Source: Leidyana gryllorum EB-2025a (Eukaryota; Protista; Apicomplexa). From it: a DNA stretch of 64,000 nucleotides. The notes under the pieces were generated by a model. The model had not been told where the DNA came from and made no database searches. It was given only the letters and a program-made list of their open reading frames with translations. Numbering within the stretch: the first letter of the stretch is position 1; each line of letters opens with the position of its first letter. The stretch lies in assembly GCA_048772705.1 (NCBI GenBank), contig JBLWGC010000115.1, forward strand, positions 62,001 through 126,000, read 5' to 3'. The translations under genes and the position numbers were made by a program. This document shows positions 15,036 to 26,744 of this stretch, one piece after another.

Positions 15036-15147
15036 CTATGCAACGAAAAAATTATGTCCGCTCGCTGACCCTAAAACCGCGCTTGGGGAGACAGGTGTAT
15101 CCGGGTCTCCAAGTGCATTAAGCCACAAGCGTCTTCAGATTATAAAC

Positions 15148-16377
15148 ATGCTTAGTCATTCTAGTCTCTTAGCCTTGGCACTGATCTGCTGCGTGGATGC
15201 TGTGGACTACCAAGGTCACTCTTTACAGTTTGATCGTGGTCTGACGCTTGCTGACGTATATGGGAACGTGACCAGAAATACTCGTTGGCGAGCGTCCAAT
15301 CACATTCAGAATATCAAGGAGTATGTGAGAGCTGGAATCAGCGATAGTTTACAACGCCATAATTACCTCTCCCATCGTGCCCAACGAGCCTGTGATTTTG
15401 CTATCGATTTGTTGATTGTGCAAGATGCTACCGGGAGTTTCGAGAGGAATTTCGAGGTCACTGCCAACCGCACTCTCCCAGCGATCGCGCGCGAGATCCC
15501 TGCCGAACATCCTGGATCCACCTTCAGCATGATCACCTTCCGTGACAAACCGGTTCCAAGCTTAGGCGAGCTTGACGACGATTGCGTCACTGTCCAGAAG
15601 ATTGGAGCCAAGGATCCGATGGAGTTAGCCGAAATCTACCAAAGTGAGGATCCCGGAAATGGTTGGGATACTCCCGAGAATCAATATGGCGCTTTGATGG
15701 TTGCCTTGAGCAGCCCCAAAACCATCCCCTGGCACACTAACCCCCTGGCGACCCCCATTATTGTCCTGATCACTGACAGCCGGCCGCACTTCCATGGAGA
15801 CACGCAACACAAAGCTTTCGCGCAGTTGAAGGACTGGCCCGAAGACGGGTTCGACGAGGATGCTGCGGACGACATTTGCTCCCAGCACTACTATCCGAGT
15901 CCAGAGACGCTGCGAAACGCTTTGTGGGACGCTAAAGCCTACATGTCGACAATCATTGTCAGACCGGCAGGCTTTTCTGGCGATGCGGTGGACTCGTGGA
16001 AGTGGTTCAACAGCTACGCGGGATACCCGGATAGTTTTGTTCAACTGTGCGAGGACGATGATGAAGGGTGGGAGATTGAACTTCAGCACATTATCGACGC
16101 CGTTGAGGTCATGGAGTGCGGTGTTTCTACTACCGAGACCCCCACGAACGCCCCAGCGGGAGGCTCAGAGGAGGGTGTCACCCGCCCCGATGACGATATT
16201 ACCACGACCCACCCGGAAGGAAGTGCGGCGACCGGTGGCAGCGATGTGGGGAGCGAGGATTGCCATTGTCAGGGTCAAGAGGACTGCCCTTGCTGGCAAC
16301 AGCCCGACATCTTTGTAGCCTTGTACAAACGTGCCAAAGAATTGGATATTCACATGCGCAAGGAGGCGAGCGTTTGA
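15148..16377 (+). CDS. Secreted vWA / integrin-beta I-like domain protein, paralogue 1
   Basis: Signal peptide MLSHSSLLALALICCVDA starts at ATG 15148. MIDAS-like DLLIVQDATGSF, then FRDKP, GNGWDTPENQYGAL and IVLITD, which resemble integrin-beta I-domain motifs. Thr-rich linker and Cys-rich C-terminus. Intronless. Confidence 0.8.
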   Translation: MLSHSSLLALALICCVDAVDYQGHSLQFDRGLTLADVYGNVTRNTRWRASNHIQNIKEYVRAGISDSLQRHNYLSHRAQRACDFAIDLLIVQDATGSFERNFEVTANRTLPAIAREIPAEHPGSTFSMITFRDKPVPSLGELDDDCVTVQKIGAKDPMELAEIYQSEDPGNGWDTPENQYGALMVALSSPKTIPWHTNPLATPIIVLITDSRPHFHGDTQHKAFAQLKDWPEDGFDEDAADDICSQHYYPSPETLRNALWDAKAYMSTIIVRPAGFSGDAVDSWKWFNSYAGYPDSFVQLCEDDDEGWEIELQHIIDAVEVMECGVSTTETPTNAPAGGSEEGVTRPDDDITTTHPEGSAATGGSDVGSEDCHCQGQEDCPCWQQPDIFVALYKRAKELDIHMRKEASV

Positions 16378-16504
16378 ATTTAAAACTTGACCTTCTGCAT
16401 TTTTGATTTAAATGTGTACTGATGTACTTTGAAGGAAAAAGGGGAGGTACCCAAGAAAGTCCTTAGCCGTCCCATTTGGACCGGGTGCTGAAACCTTTAT
16501 TGTC

Positions 16505-17440
16505 ATGAATAAGGTGGTCATTTATTCATTTGGCCTCTTGGCACTGGTGGAAGGGTCTCAGCACTCGCAAGGCAGGGCGGAATGTAGGTTCCCCTTGGAC
16601 ATTCTCTTCGTCAAGTCGGCCAACACTGATTTACGTTTTTCGGCTCTGGAGGCACTGAACTCATTGGGTCATGTGCTGTCAACATCCAACCCCGGCTCCT
16701 CCTACAGCATGGTAACTATGATGGGGAGCAGCTCATATGGAGGCACGTCATGTCTGCTACCCGAGAAACTAAATGTGGCCGACCCTGGGCAATTAGCCGA
16801 TTCCTTCGAGACACTGCCCCCAGTTGTGGAACCGACCAGTGCCTCTAAGGCTCTTTTTACAGCAATCAATCCGAACTTCCCGTGGTCCCACCAGTCTGAC
16901 GCAATTCCGTTGATCGTTTTTCTCACCAGCCAGTCACCGGATGACTTAGAGTCTGATGGCGACAACGACCCAATCTCCTCCTGCGTGGGAGCGGCGGATA
17001 TCGATGCCATTCGTGCTACCCTCAACAACTCCCCGGTATACGTCTCCACGCTGGCCTTCACTGAGGATGAGGAAGTGTATTCCAACTGGAGCGTATTCCA
17101 ACACTATCTGGGGATGCCCGACTCACTCGTGGAAGGCATCAATCCTAATGAGAACTGGATCCCCAAACTGCTCAAAATGCTCCAAATCATCAGAGACTGG
17201 GAGTGCGGAGCTGACGATGGTCGCAGATTAGCGGATTACTTTGATCTGCCAATCTTCGCCGCCACCGCCCCTTTTCCCATCGTGCAGAAGATACCCAACA
17301 CTGAACCACTCGACGGAAACTGCGAGTGCCCACCAGAGAACCCCGATTGCTGTCAACGGAATCCGAAGGTCATGTTCATGCTCTACAAAAAGCCTCCTGT
17401 CGTGGACATCCATCTCAAAGGCGAGGGCTTGAGTGGTTGA
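16505..17440 (+). CDS. Secreted degenerate vWA-like protein, paralogue 2
   Basis: Signal peptide. Collinear with paralogue 1 (CRFPLDILFV vs CDFAIDLLIV; NPGSSYSMVT vs HPGSTFSMIT; PLIVFLT; GMPDSLV vs GYPDSFV; shared Cys cluster and LYK...DIH C-terminus), but the MIDAS residues are lost. Confidence 0.75.
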   Translation: MNKVVIYSFGLLALVEGSQHSQGRAECRFPLDILFVKSANTDLRFSALEALNSLGHVLSTSNPGSSYSMVTMMGSSSYGGTSCLLPEKLNVADPGQLADSFETLPPVVEPTSASKALFTAINPNFPWSHQSDAIPLIVFLTSQSPDDLESDGDNDPISSCVGAADIDAIRATLNNSPVYVSTLAFTEDEEVYSNWSVFQHYLGMPDSLVEGINPNENWIPKLLKMLQIIRDWECGADDGRRLADYFDLPIFAATAPFPIVQKIPNTEPLDGNCECPPENPDCCQRNPKVMFMLYKKPPVVDIHLKGEGLSG

Positions 17441-17488
17441 ATATTGAGTAGCTTTTATTGAATTTTAGTGAGTAGCAATTTTACACAT

Positions 17489-17502
17489 GGGTGCATGCAC
17501 CC
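17489..17502. promoter_or_regulatory. 14-bp palindrome GGGTGCATGCACCC containing TGCATGCA, an ApiAP2-type motif
   Basis: Seen directly. TGCATGCA is a known apicomplexan ApiAP2 binding motif; function at this site is unproven. Confidence 0.3.
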
Positions 17503-19208
17503 TTTAGTGGCAAACAAAAAGAATTGGTACCCCACTAGCTTATGCACGGTATGTCACATATTACCGATCTTAAAGGGCACTACTGACCCGCTGCGGCAGC
17601 GCACATTCCATCAAATGGAGGGCAGTAGCTGCACAGGCTAAGGGTGAGTATTCGATCCAAGAGCCAAGCTTCATCCTCCTATACCATGTTGGCATTGCAC
17701 GGGGAGCACGGATGTGCGACGGAGCGCGGATTGAGACTTGCTCGCAAGCCAGTCCGCGGCACCTGCACAGTCGTCCCCAGCATCTGGCGCGGGCGCCATC
17801 CCGACATAGGGATGAAGATATCTTTTTAGATATCTGACCGTGAAGTACAGGCGAGTGGATCTTGTCTCATCCCTTGATCAGGTCCTTGATGGGCATATGC
17901 CCATTATCACATCTTTTGTGATCTCTACGTAGCTGCCATTTTGGAGGGATAGCTCAGGCAGGTCTTTGTGCTCCTCTTCCATAGTTGGTAGGCTTTTCCG
18001 CGGAAATGCGAGGCTGGCTCCCTCGCGCAAAAGGGCAACCGCGTAAACCGTAGAGCGTAGATCGTAATCGTAAACCGTAGGGGATATCACTGGAAGATAG
18101 GCAGCTAGTGCTCATGCAACAGTAGCCTCTTCATATGTGCATACATCCCAAATATAATTAACAACAAATGCCATATGCGCGCGCGGCACATTTTCAATAC
18201 TAACAGCACACTAATACTCCTATCGTGTGTCGAAACGGCACACACGAGACACACACTGCAGCGAGATTGCATAGTGGGGGTCAAGCTGGCGATACCGCCA
18301 GAGTAATCTCATATTGATCAGCACTGCAGCGTAGTCGCTGATATCCGAGTGGACCGTTGATTATGGGCCTTGATCGGGCTGAAGGATAACCACCGGCACT
18401 TAAGCTGGTGGTGCCTCGAGCCGAATTGTAGCCCATTATGTGCGCTCTTTATCTCGTCTGCTCACAGTACAATTAGTATGGCTTAACTTGGCTTCTAAGA
18501 TTTTTTGTGGCTCACCACAGGCACCGCGAGCTTGATAGGGACCCAAAAGGGATCTATCGACGCTTGCAGGCAGTCAGTGATGGTGTTCCCACGGTTTAAA
18601 GGCTCCAACGCGCACGTTGCCGGTGATTGAACTCACTCGTTATCCCTACTAGAATACCCTCACCGTACCGGCCCTGTTGCGAGTGGAGGACAATTTCACT
18701 CAGGACGTGATCGAGATCATGTTGGACGGGGTGATGTGTATTCCAACTATATTGGATATAAGAAGACCAATACTCTCGACTCGCCGAGCAGCTGATAGTC
18801 ACAGACGCTGTCTGGAACGGGGTGATATGGAGCAGATGGTATAAAAGAGCGGTTGAGCACAGCTAAGAACGGACAGTTGGGAATTCACGCAAGAGTGTGG
18901 TGCCCTGTTGCCGTCACATTTCAACTCTCACAATCTGCTCGTTACAAACCAGCACTGGGTGGGTGGCAATACCGGCACACCAATACAGGTGGACCCCGAT
19001 GGAGCTCAGACGATCAGAACAGAACAGAACAAAGTCAGGCTTAGCCCAAAGCGAGATACTGGCGCGTTGATCTGAAGCCTCAGAGTGCGCGAGGAAGGCC
19101 TCTCAGGGGCGGTGGACAGGTCACAGGACAGTGGCGGTGGACAAAACCCTCCATACTGCAGTCGTACTGGGGTTGTGAAAAAGAGGGGGCCAAAAAAGTT
19201 ATAGCGTG

Positions 19209-20239
19209 ATGATCACTGTGCAGACTGGAGATGAGGCGGCCAGGAAATGGCCCTTGTGCGAGATGTTGATGGAGCACAAGGATCAGCTCTGGCGAGATTT
19301 GGACTTGGGGCAGCTGGTGACCTGTGGTGACGAGGTCTCAGTGCCAAGTACTGCTTTGATTGGGCACGGTATTGCCAGTGAAGAGGTGGCTGATGACTCT
19401 TTGATGGAAGAGGGTGAGGAGCCATCGGTGGAGAAGAAGGCTTTTGCGACGCTTACTGGGATTGTAACGCAAGTGAATCAATTACACTACGTGGAAGGAG
19501 TCCACAGCCGATATTTGCCGGAACCAGGTGACGTGGTGGTTGGTCGCGTGGTTGAAGTGGGACAAGGGAGGTGGTATCTGGACATAGGTGCTGTGTCCTT
19601 GGCGACCCTGCAGCTTACTGCTATATACCTTCCGAGTGGTGAACAGAGGAGAAAGACCGAACAAGAAGCCGTTGATATGCGACAATTCTTTGTCGAAGAC
19701 GATTTGGTTTCGACAGAGGTACAGAAAGTCAACATGGACGGGACCGTGATGCTACACACACGGAGTGCTCGATACGGCAAGGTACGAATGAATCTATATA
19801 AATGAACAAAGTTTGCAAACTCTGTTAATTTCAGTTGGCTAATGGTTGTTGCGTATGCACACCGCCCACTCTGACGATGCGCTTGCCCCAGCACATGGTT
19901 CAACTGCGCAACGGGGTACACATTGTCATTGGACGTAATGGGTAAGTCTTGGGTATGAATGGCAGCTCAAATTCGGTGTCCAGGTATCTCTTCATCAGCT
20001 CCACTCCGCAAGTAGGAGCCCAGGATACATTGAACTTTGTGGACCAATCTCAACCTCGATACACCCCGGTCACTCTTGAGATCCGTCAGAAGATTGCCTT
20101 GACTCGAAATGCAGTTGTGTGGCTCGCTCGCAATTTCGTACAAGTATCTCCGCCTTTAATTGAGGCCGTCTGCGCCGCTGTGGAGCGTAATCGAGGATCG
20201 TTCAAGGACCTTTGGAAGGTTCTCTTCAATGTTTCGTGA
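19209..20239 (+). CDS. RRP4: Exosome cap subunit RRP4 (EXOSC2); 3 exons
   Basis: S1 domain RYLPEPGDVVVGRV...GEQRRKTEQEAVDMRQFF...LHTRSARYGK|LANG and KH-like IVIGRNG|YLFI. Introns 19782-19834 and 19942-19983. Confidence 0.93.
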
Positions 20240-20261
20240 TTGGGACACGGTCAATCGCTCT

Positions 20262-22495
20262 TCAAGTCCACTGGATATCGCGAGCGCTGGGCCAAAAGCC
20301 CTTGCGCGGGGTGCTTGGACATGGAGCGGGCTTTTGGGGCATTGGTTCATCTTTGGGCGGCTTCCATTCTGGACTTGTGGGCAGTAGGCGTAATCTGGAC
20401 CGTGGAAGGGGCCACGAGGTACGGGGGTGCAGCTGGAAGTCTGTGCTCTTATAATCACGGGAAGGATCATCCAGTTCTGGCGCGATATTGGGTGGCGAGC
20501 GGCGCAGATCCAGAAGACATCCTGCGACGAAACGGTGCTGTTTGGGGCTCAACATGTCTCTTGGCAGACGTTCGAGCGCTGAACTTGAGTTGTCGAGTGT
20601 TTGTGGCCCTGGAAGAAGTCCCTCGGATGGGTTTTGGAACCAAGGATGGTTGAGAGCTCCTTCGGCTGAACATCGCAACTCGGGATCTGCTTGCGTCATC
20701 CACGCCAACAAATTCCGAGCTTCTTCCGAGAACAGCCGGATCGGGCCAACTCGGAAGTTCAGGGAGCAGCGGGCGTTGTTATCGAGGACCTCTCTGGCAC
20801 TCTTCCCACGGAAAGGCGGTTTGCCAGTGCACATTGTGTAAAAGATTATACCCGCTGAGAAGACATCACACTTGGTGCCGTACTTTTGGTTCCCCAGAAC
20901 CTCTGGAGCTGTTGAAGCGTTGGTTGTTTTTGCGGGTTAGCAAGATTTACTACTTACCAACGTATCCAGGCGACCCGCACCGCATTGTCATTGTTTCACT
21001 GCCCAAGAACGCCGAGAGGCCAAAATCGATGACACAGACTGACGTCGGATCCTCCGCATCCAATAGCATTATGTTCTCCGTCTAAGATGAGGGTGTTGAA
21101 TGGGAGACACACAGACATACCTTGAGATCCCGGTGCACGATGCGTTTCCGATGTAGAGCTCTCAAGGCGAGGAGGATTCGTTTGATGGCGGCTTTGGTTT
21201 CTTCCTCCGTGAAGGGCCCTATTTGGTATACAATGTCAGATGGTGGAGTTGTCAGAGATAGAAGTCGTACCTCTGCGTTTGATAAAGTCATACAAGTCCC
21301 CTCCCCGGACTAAATCCATGACAATGCAGAGTGTGTTTTCTGCATGTAGCTGTGCTCATGGAGATTGAATGATGGTACTAACCGTTTTCAAAGGCCGAGT
21401 GGAAACTGACAATGCTGGAATGTGTGACGCGTCTGAGGACCTGAACCTCGGTGAAGGCGTTGGCGTGCTGGAGGCGTGTTTTTTCGATGGCTTTGATCAC
21501 CACCTGCTCATTGGTATGCAATCTCTCTGCTAAGTACACCTGCGCAAAGCTCCCCGATCCCACGTGTTCCGTGATATTATAGATTTCTGAGAACGGAATG
21601 AACCGGGTGCCCGCCCAGCTCAGCACTTGCCACCAATGGCGCTGTGTGACGGGATCGGGCGGGCACTGAATCTCGAAAACGGCACTACCGCAAGCCAAGA
21701 AGATGCATGGCCCTCTCTCGGTGACATTGGCTGTGAAGAATGTTTCGCGAAGTGGCAGTGGGACCGTCTCCTTGGGTCCGAAAACTAGTAAGGTCCAGTC
21801 CAAGTTGGCCAACCCCCTCTGGAGGACCGCTTGAGAGACGTCTGGGGGTAGACTGGGGTTGCGTGCACCCGCCAAGAAGGGAGATACATCGCAGTACCTG
21901 AAGAAGATTGGATGAGAAGCAGTCGCCCGCCGTCTGCGCCCTACTTGCTACTGTTGCCGCCAGTACAAGGCCCAGGCCGCGAAGAATTGTCACGTTTGCT
22001 GGACCGTTTCAGCCCGACAGGGAGGTGCTGATCGTCCACAAATGACACTCCCGATCGACATGACCCTTGGTGCCTTCTACCACTCCGGTTGGGACAAGAG
22101 CAGTTCTCAGTTGGTGGAGCCCCCACCAGCGGCCGGTCTTTGAGTGTGTTGCATAGTAGCCTAATGATCTGCAAACTTGGAGCCATCCCTTCATAGGGAG
22201 GAATGGTAGTTGCAAGGTCAGCTGGGTTGACCGCTCGACCAAGACAGTGTGATCGTTGTAGTACTTGCTCTGCCATTCGTGTGAACTTATCCAGCCGTTG
22301 GAGATCTGCGAAACGTGAAGGGACAAGCTGCACTTCAATGTTATCTCCGTGTGTCAGAAGGAACTGATACCGCCGTCCACACAGTCCCCACACTAAGGCT
22401 GTCAAGGCTGGACCATTTAGCGAGTCGGCAGAGTCGTATTTCCTCATGGTAGGAAGGATGACATTGTGTCTGCGAGTGTCATCCCATATGGACAT
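20262..22495 (-). CDS. Ser/Thr protein kinase, CAMK-like, with a long N-terminal extension; multi-exon
   Basis: Spliced motifs VGSGSFAQV, VIK, GGDL, HRDLK|TEN, DFG, CGSPGYV|APE, DVFSAG and GKPPF. The start at 22495 is inferred. Confidence 0.88.
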
Positions 22496-22552
22496 CTAGG
22501 TCGATGGTGGGGGGGTAGCATGTGCTTGTTGGGGGGAGAAAAAATTCTCTCT

Positions 22553-23695
22553 ATGAAGCGCCCCATCACTGAAGAGGATACCCCAGAGGCTAAACGGGCA
22601 CGAACGGCCACCAAACAAGTGCTTGGACCTGACAGCCTGGCTTCATGCCATCGTGCACTCGTTGGACTGGCCGCCGCTACCCGTGAGCGAGAACGGGGAC
22701 GGTGTGTTGTGGAAGCTATACCCGGGGCCATCGAGCTGGTTATGGCCGCTGTTATGAACGTTGTGGGGGATCTGTGGGAGGCGTCAGTGGTGCTCAGCCA
22801 CATTCGCATCGACGCGGGTGCTCATAAGATGCTTGAAAATCTCATCCAAGATGAAGTGGGCCCGGCTCAACGCCTAGAAGCTCTCAAAGCCTTCGACCGA
22901 GAGCAGGTGGGGTTTCGTGACGCGCTTACTGTAATCCATAAGTGCTATCTCTGTTAGAGAGCAAAAGTACCGTCTATAACCAAAAGCCCTCTGGTGCCAG
23001 GAGGGGCGCTCGGTGCAACTGATGATGACGGATCTCGCTTCGAAGGTGCCAGTACAGTGACCAAAGGTCGCGGCAGAGGAGTTACACGTAAACGAGGCCG
23101 AAAGGGGGCAAGTGATCTCACAGCAACTGAGAGCCACGCCAATGAGTCGGTATTCAGTAATTTGCCCAATCGCCCTGGGGGACCTCCAGATGCTCTGAAG
23201 CATCAGTTATTCAGTGAACCCGAAACCGTAAGATACCTACTCAAGCACCCCTTCAGCATCATGTGCCTCTGTGTATAGAAAGTTGCTGAGGAGACGAACT
23301 CGATAGCAGAAATGGCTCGCGAAAAGACACTTGTCAATAGACGACAGGCGGAGCTGAATCGTGACGTACTGCCCATCGATGTCGAGTGTGCGTTACGTCT
23401 CTGTCACAATAACAACAGGGATCCATTGATCGCGGCGCCATTGAGATTCAAGTAAGTGTTTATTTATGCCGAGGTTTCAAGAGACGGACACCGTCATCAC
23501 GACAGGAAACACTTTGCGATGTGCAGTTCGCTGCACTATGAGGCCTTTCTAGATCGGCTGGCGGCCATGCGCGCACCTCATCACAATGCTCCAAACGCTA
23601 TAAACAATCCGCCCCAGCCACCACGGCCTCACCCCGGTCATATGCCCCCCCACCCAAGTGCCGGGCCGCCAGGTGTTATGGGGAGGCCTCAATGA
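22553..23695 (+). CDS. Histone-fold protein, possibly a TAF4-like TFIID subunit; multi-exon
   Basis: Helical segment GAIELVMAAVMNVVGDLWEASVVLSHIR, then HANESVFSNL and DVLPIDVECAL segments, ordered like the TAF4 histone fold plus conserved C-terminal region; Pro-rich tail. Family assignment is by eye only. Confidence 0.4.
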
Positions 23696-23743
23696 CAAGT
23701 TCTCGCATGCACTCTTCACCCACCAGAGTACAGTGCCGACTAT

Positions 23744-25301
23744 CTAGGGTTGTAATACATCTGCTGCAACCAGTCCTGGGAAAGCTATATATTGTTGTTC
23801 TTCTTCTTCTGCTGGGCGGTACGTTTTGGGCGTCATGAGTCCTTGGCTGAGGTCTGCGAGAATCTTCTGCCCCTTCCAGTCCAGAAACATGGATGAGAGC
23901 CCTTGGAAGAAGATATCCCAGCCGTCGGTCCAGAGCTCTCGAATGTGGTCGGGATCCATCATCGTGCTCAAGGACCGCATGACAGCGAGCTGCAGCTCAA
24001 ATCTGCCTCTCTTGGTGCCATGGCCGTACATTGTGCTCTCGAGATCCGCTAACTTCTCATTGAGGTTCCGGGTCAACAGGGTGAAGACGTTCCGTTTAAG
24101 CTCTTGTGCTGCCAGGGGGTGCTTAACACGGCCCACCAGCACTTCATTCATAACTCGAACGAGAGTGACCAATTGTTGCTTCGTCTGGAGGGATGTTTGA
24201 GCAGTTGCAGCTTCCAACACGTTCAGTTTTGGACAACGGAGGTTCATGGTGAGTCGGTAATCGCCATGCTGGAACCCTGGCCCCCCCACAACTTTTCGGC
24301 ACAAACCTATTTTCCGATTACTGGACACCATCTGGACTCCGACCCTTTGCTGTTGGGAATATCGTTGAGAAGTGACCCAATCACTGTTGATGACTCACCG
24401 GAATAACTAATCCAGCCACTTCAAAAGTGACTCCCACATCCTTCAGCGATGGATTGTTCACAATACGGAACAGACGAGCTAAGCGTTTCTCCATCTTGCG
24501 CATCTGGCGGTGTTGTACGTTCTGTACTGTATAGGATACGAATGGAACGGCACGACTCGGGCGGTACATCATTTGATACACTTCCAAAAGCAGTGGCACG
24601 CCCTCCCCGCAGGTGTAGTCCACAAACCTGCCGAAGGAGTCCCGTCCACGTGCAGAAGCTCTGGGTATGAGGGGCCCCTTGTTCAATCCTGTCCGTTCCA
24701 AGATAGGCGCCGAGTCGTCGTAGTGGTACGCCTGAGACGCACCCCCAAAGTGAATACAGGTTGCGTAATCAACTTTGCTTACCAGTGAGTGGTTCATGAT
24801 GGCGAAGGCGTGAGTTGAACTCATCTCGTCGAGATTACGCGATGAGCAGCCGGAGCATTGGATCTTGTAGACCTGATTGGGATCTTTGTTTTGGCTGAGG
24901 GCCATGGCACCCCAAGTACGCGATTTTCGGCATCCGTGGGCGAAGCAGAGGGAGCTCCCGTACTGTCGGAAGCCCGATCCAGGGTCCATTCTAGCCCAAT
25001 CGGGCAGAGAAGCCCCGTCTCCGAAGACGTTGATGTTCCTCATATCTTTGCTCGTTGGTGCTTGGCACAGCGAGCCGGTCAAGTGCTTAGCTTCCCATTC
25101 AATTTTGTGACGCCGTACAGTATCTCGCCATCCATCGTTTTTGACAGACTTCTCGGGGTACCAATATTGGCCAATGTTTGATATTATCGACACAAGTCTG
25201 TCCTTGGATGTGACGGCTTCTTTCTTCTTCGCCCTAGCCGACTTGGCCGTTGCGACTGTCAGAGACGCTAGCACCCATGTGACAAAGTAGCGCAACCGCA
25301 T
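23744..25301 (-). CDS. Hypothetical secreted protein; 2 exons
   Basis: Signal peptide MRLRYFVTWVLASLTVATA. A GTGAG...CAG intron at about 24350-24398 joins the 308-aa and 195-aa ORFs in frame (LVIP|QRVGVQMVSS). Confidence 0.7.
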
Positions 25302-25307
25302 ATGCAA

Positions 25308-26731
25308 TTAGCATGCGCCTCGTTTGGAGGTGCGTGAGTCCAGAAACTCTTGTCTGCTAATCGCCAAGTCATTGTAGTGCGACAGTGCCCACAAACGAGC
25401 ACCTCTACGTAGTAGCAATAATCTGAAGTCGTCAACTTGAGCCACTTACTGCCAAACTGTGTGACTTTGATCCCCATTCGTCATGTGCAGAACCAGAGGC
25501 CACGAACTCGGGGTCACCCATCGTAACTCATTCCATAACCGACTGATCAGTCCTTCCGTGTTGGCTATACCGCCTCCGACCAGCACGCTGGAGACCAAAC
25601 TCTTTTGAAGTATCGGAGGAGCGCCGAAGATGGCATGCCGCACTGTCTCCATGATGCCGCCCACTCGTCGCACCCTTTCTGAGCTCACAGCAGTACCCAT
25701 AAATCTCGCCGCCCATGTGTCGGTGACACGGATCAACGAATGTGATTCTTTATTGGTGGCGGTGAGATCGCCATTGATGGTGAGCTGAGGGTGGAAGAGC
25801 AACTCGGGTATTACAACGGCTTCTCGTCGTCCCTCGGTCCCCTCAGCTTCGCCCTCGTGGAATTTGGCTGTGGAGTTGGCAGACTTTATCTCCTCCAGCA
25901 TGTCTTGAGCAACGCGACATCGGAGTTTTCTGATGTTCTCAATGTGCAGATCGCAGTGTTCCATCTTTGCATCTCGGAAGCAAATCACTCGACGCAACTC
26001 GTCATCGAGGTGTCGTCCTCCCACCGGCATCCTGAAGGCGGCGTAATCTAAACATATACCTCGAAAAAACGGAACAGCCCAACTGCCAGAGTAACCCAAG
26101 TCAATGCAGAGCTGTGCTGGCTCAGGAGTGTGTATCTCTGGGGAACTGGACCACGCCTGATATATGAGGGGGTGTCCCGCTTCTGGATGATCTACAGAGT
26201 AATCAATTATATAGGTATTGCGGTCCGCAGACAATTGCACATTTTGGATCCTCAAAGTGTCTTCATGACGAGGGAACGCGTGGATGAGAGCACTTTGTGA
26301 GGTTACGAAGGCGCAACTTCGGAAACCGAATTCGTCAAAGACGAGTTCTTGAAGTAGTCGTCTACATGTGTAGGGGCTGCCCAAAGACTCCGTTATGCAC
26401 AAGTCAACAGTCGACGGTTCCTGCAGTGTACAGTCAGTTCACAGTCCAGCAAAAGTGTCACACATACTTTGTTCCCCAGTACTTTGGCAAAGGTTTGCCG
26501 CCAAATCTGAATCTGTTGAGTGGGGTTAGTCAATATTCCTGCCTGGATAGGCCTAAGCACATTGTAGGTTTGCAGAGCTTTGATTGCATCAGCTCCAATC
26601 GCTAACTTGCTGGTGTTCTTGCGTGACTGACCGAGTGCATTCGGTATCACCAGTCTGGGCGTGGGCTCGTTAGCCCAACCTGCCTTGATGTAGCCCCCAC
26701 CATTATCTACCACTAATATGGAGGGCCTCAT
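25308..26731 (-). CDS. ARP6: Actin-related protein ARP6-like; 3 exons
   Basis: ILVVDNGGGYIKAG, ELVFDEFGF, IDLGYS, VGGRHL, IPELLFHP, VGGGIANTEG. The last exon, WQ|GARLWA...ISRQEF, ends at a TAA at 25308-25310. Confidence 0.8.
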
Positions 26732-26744
26732 TAAAATTTTGCTT

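Noticed and set aside
14938-15147. N-terminal 70 aa of the 479-aa ORF, and TTG/GTG starts throughout the ORF track
   Set aside because: Eukaryotic context. This stretch overlaps midasin exon 1, and the signal peptide starts at ATG 15148.
17645-17700. U1 snRNA (ATTGCAC loop; ATACTCACC on the minus strand)
   Set aside because: The two motifs are on opposite strands, and there is no Sm site or U1-70K loop.
17943-18025. tRNA-like start GGAGGGATAGCTCAGGCAGGT with a matching TCCCTC
   Set aside because: No T-arm or B box (GTTCRA), and the D and anticodon stems do not close.
18008-18045. HDV-like ribozyme (CCTCGC...GGGCAAC)
   Set aside because: The P1, P3 and P2 pairings could not be built.
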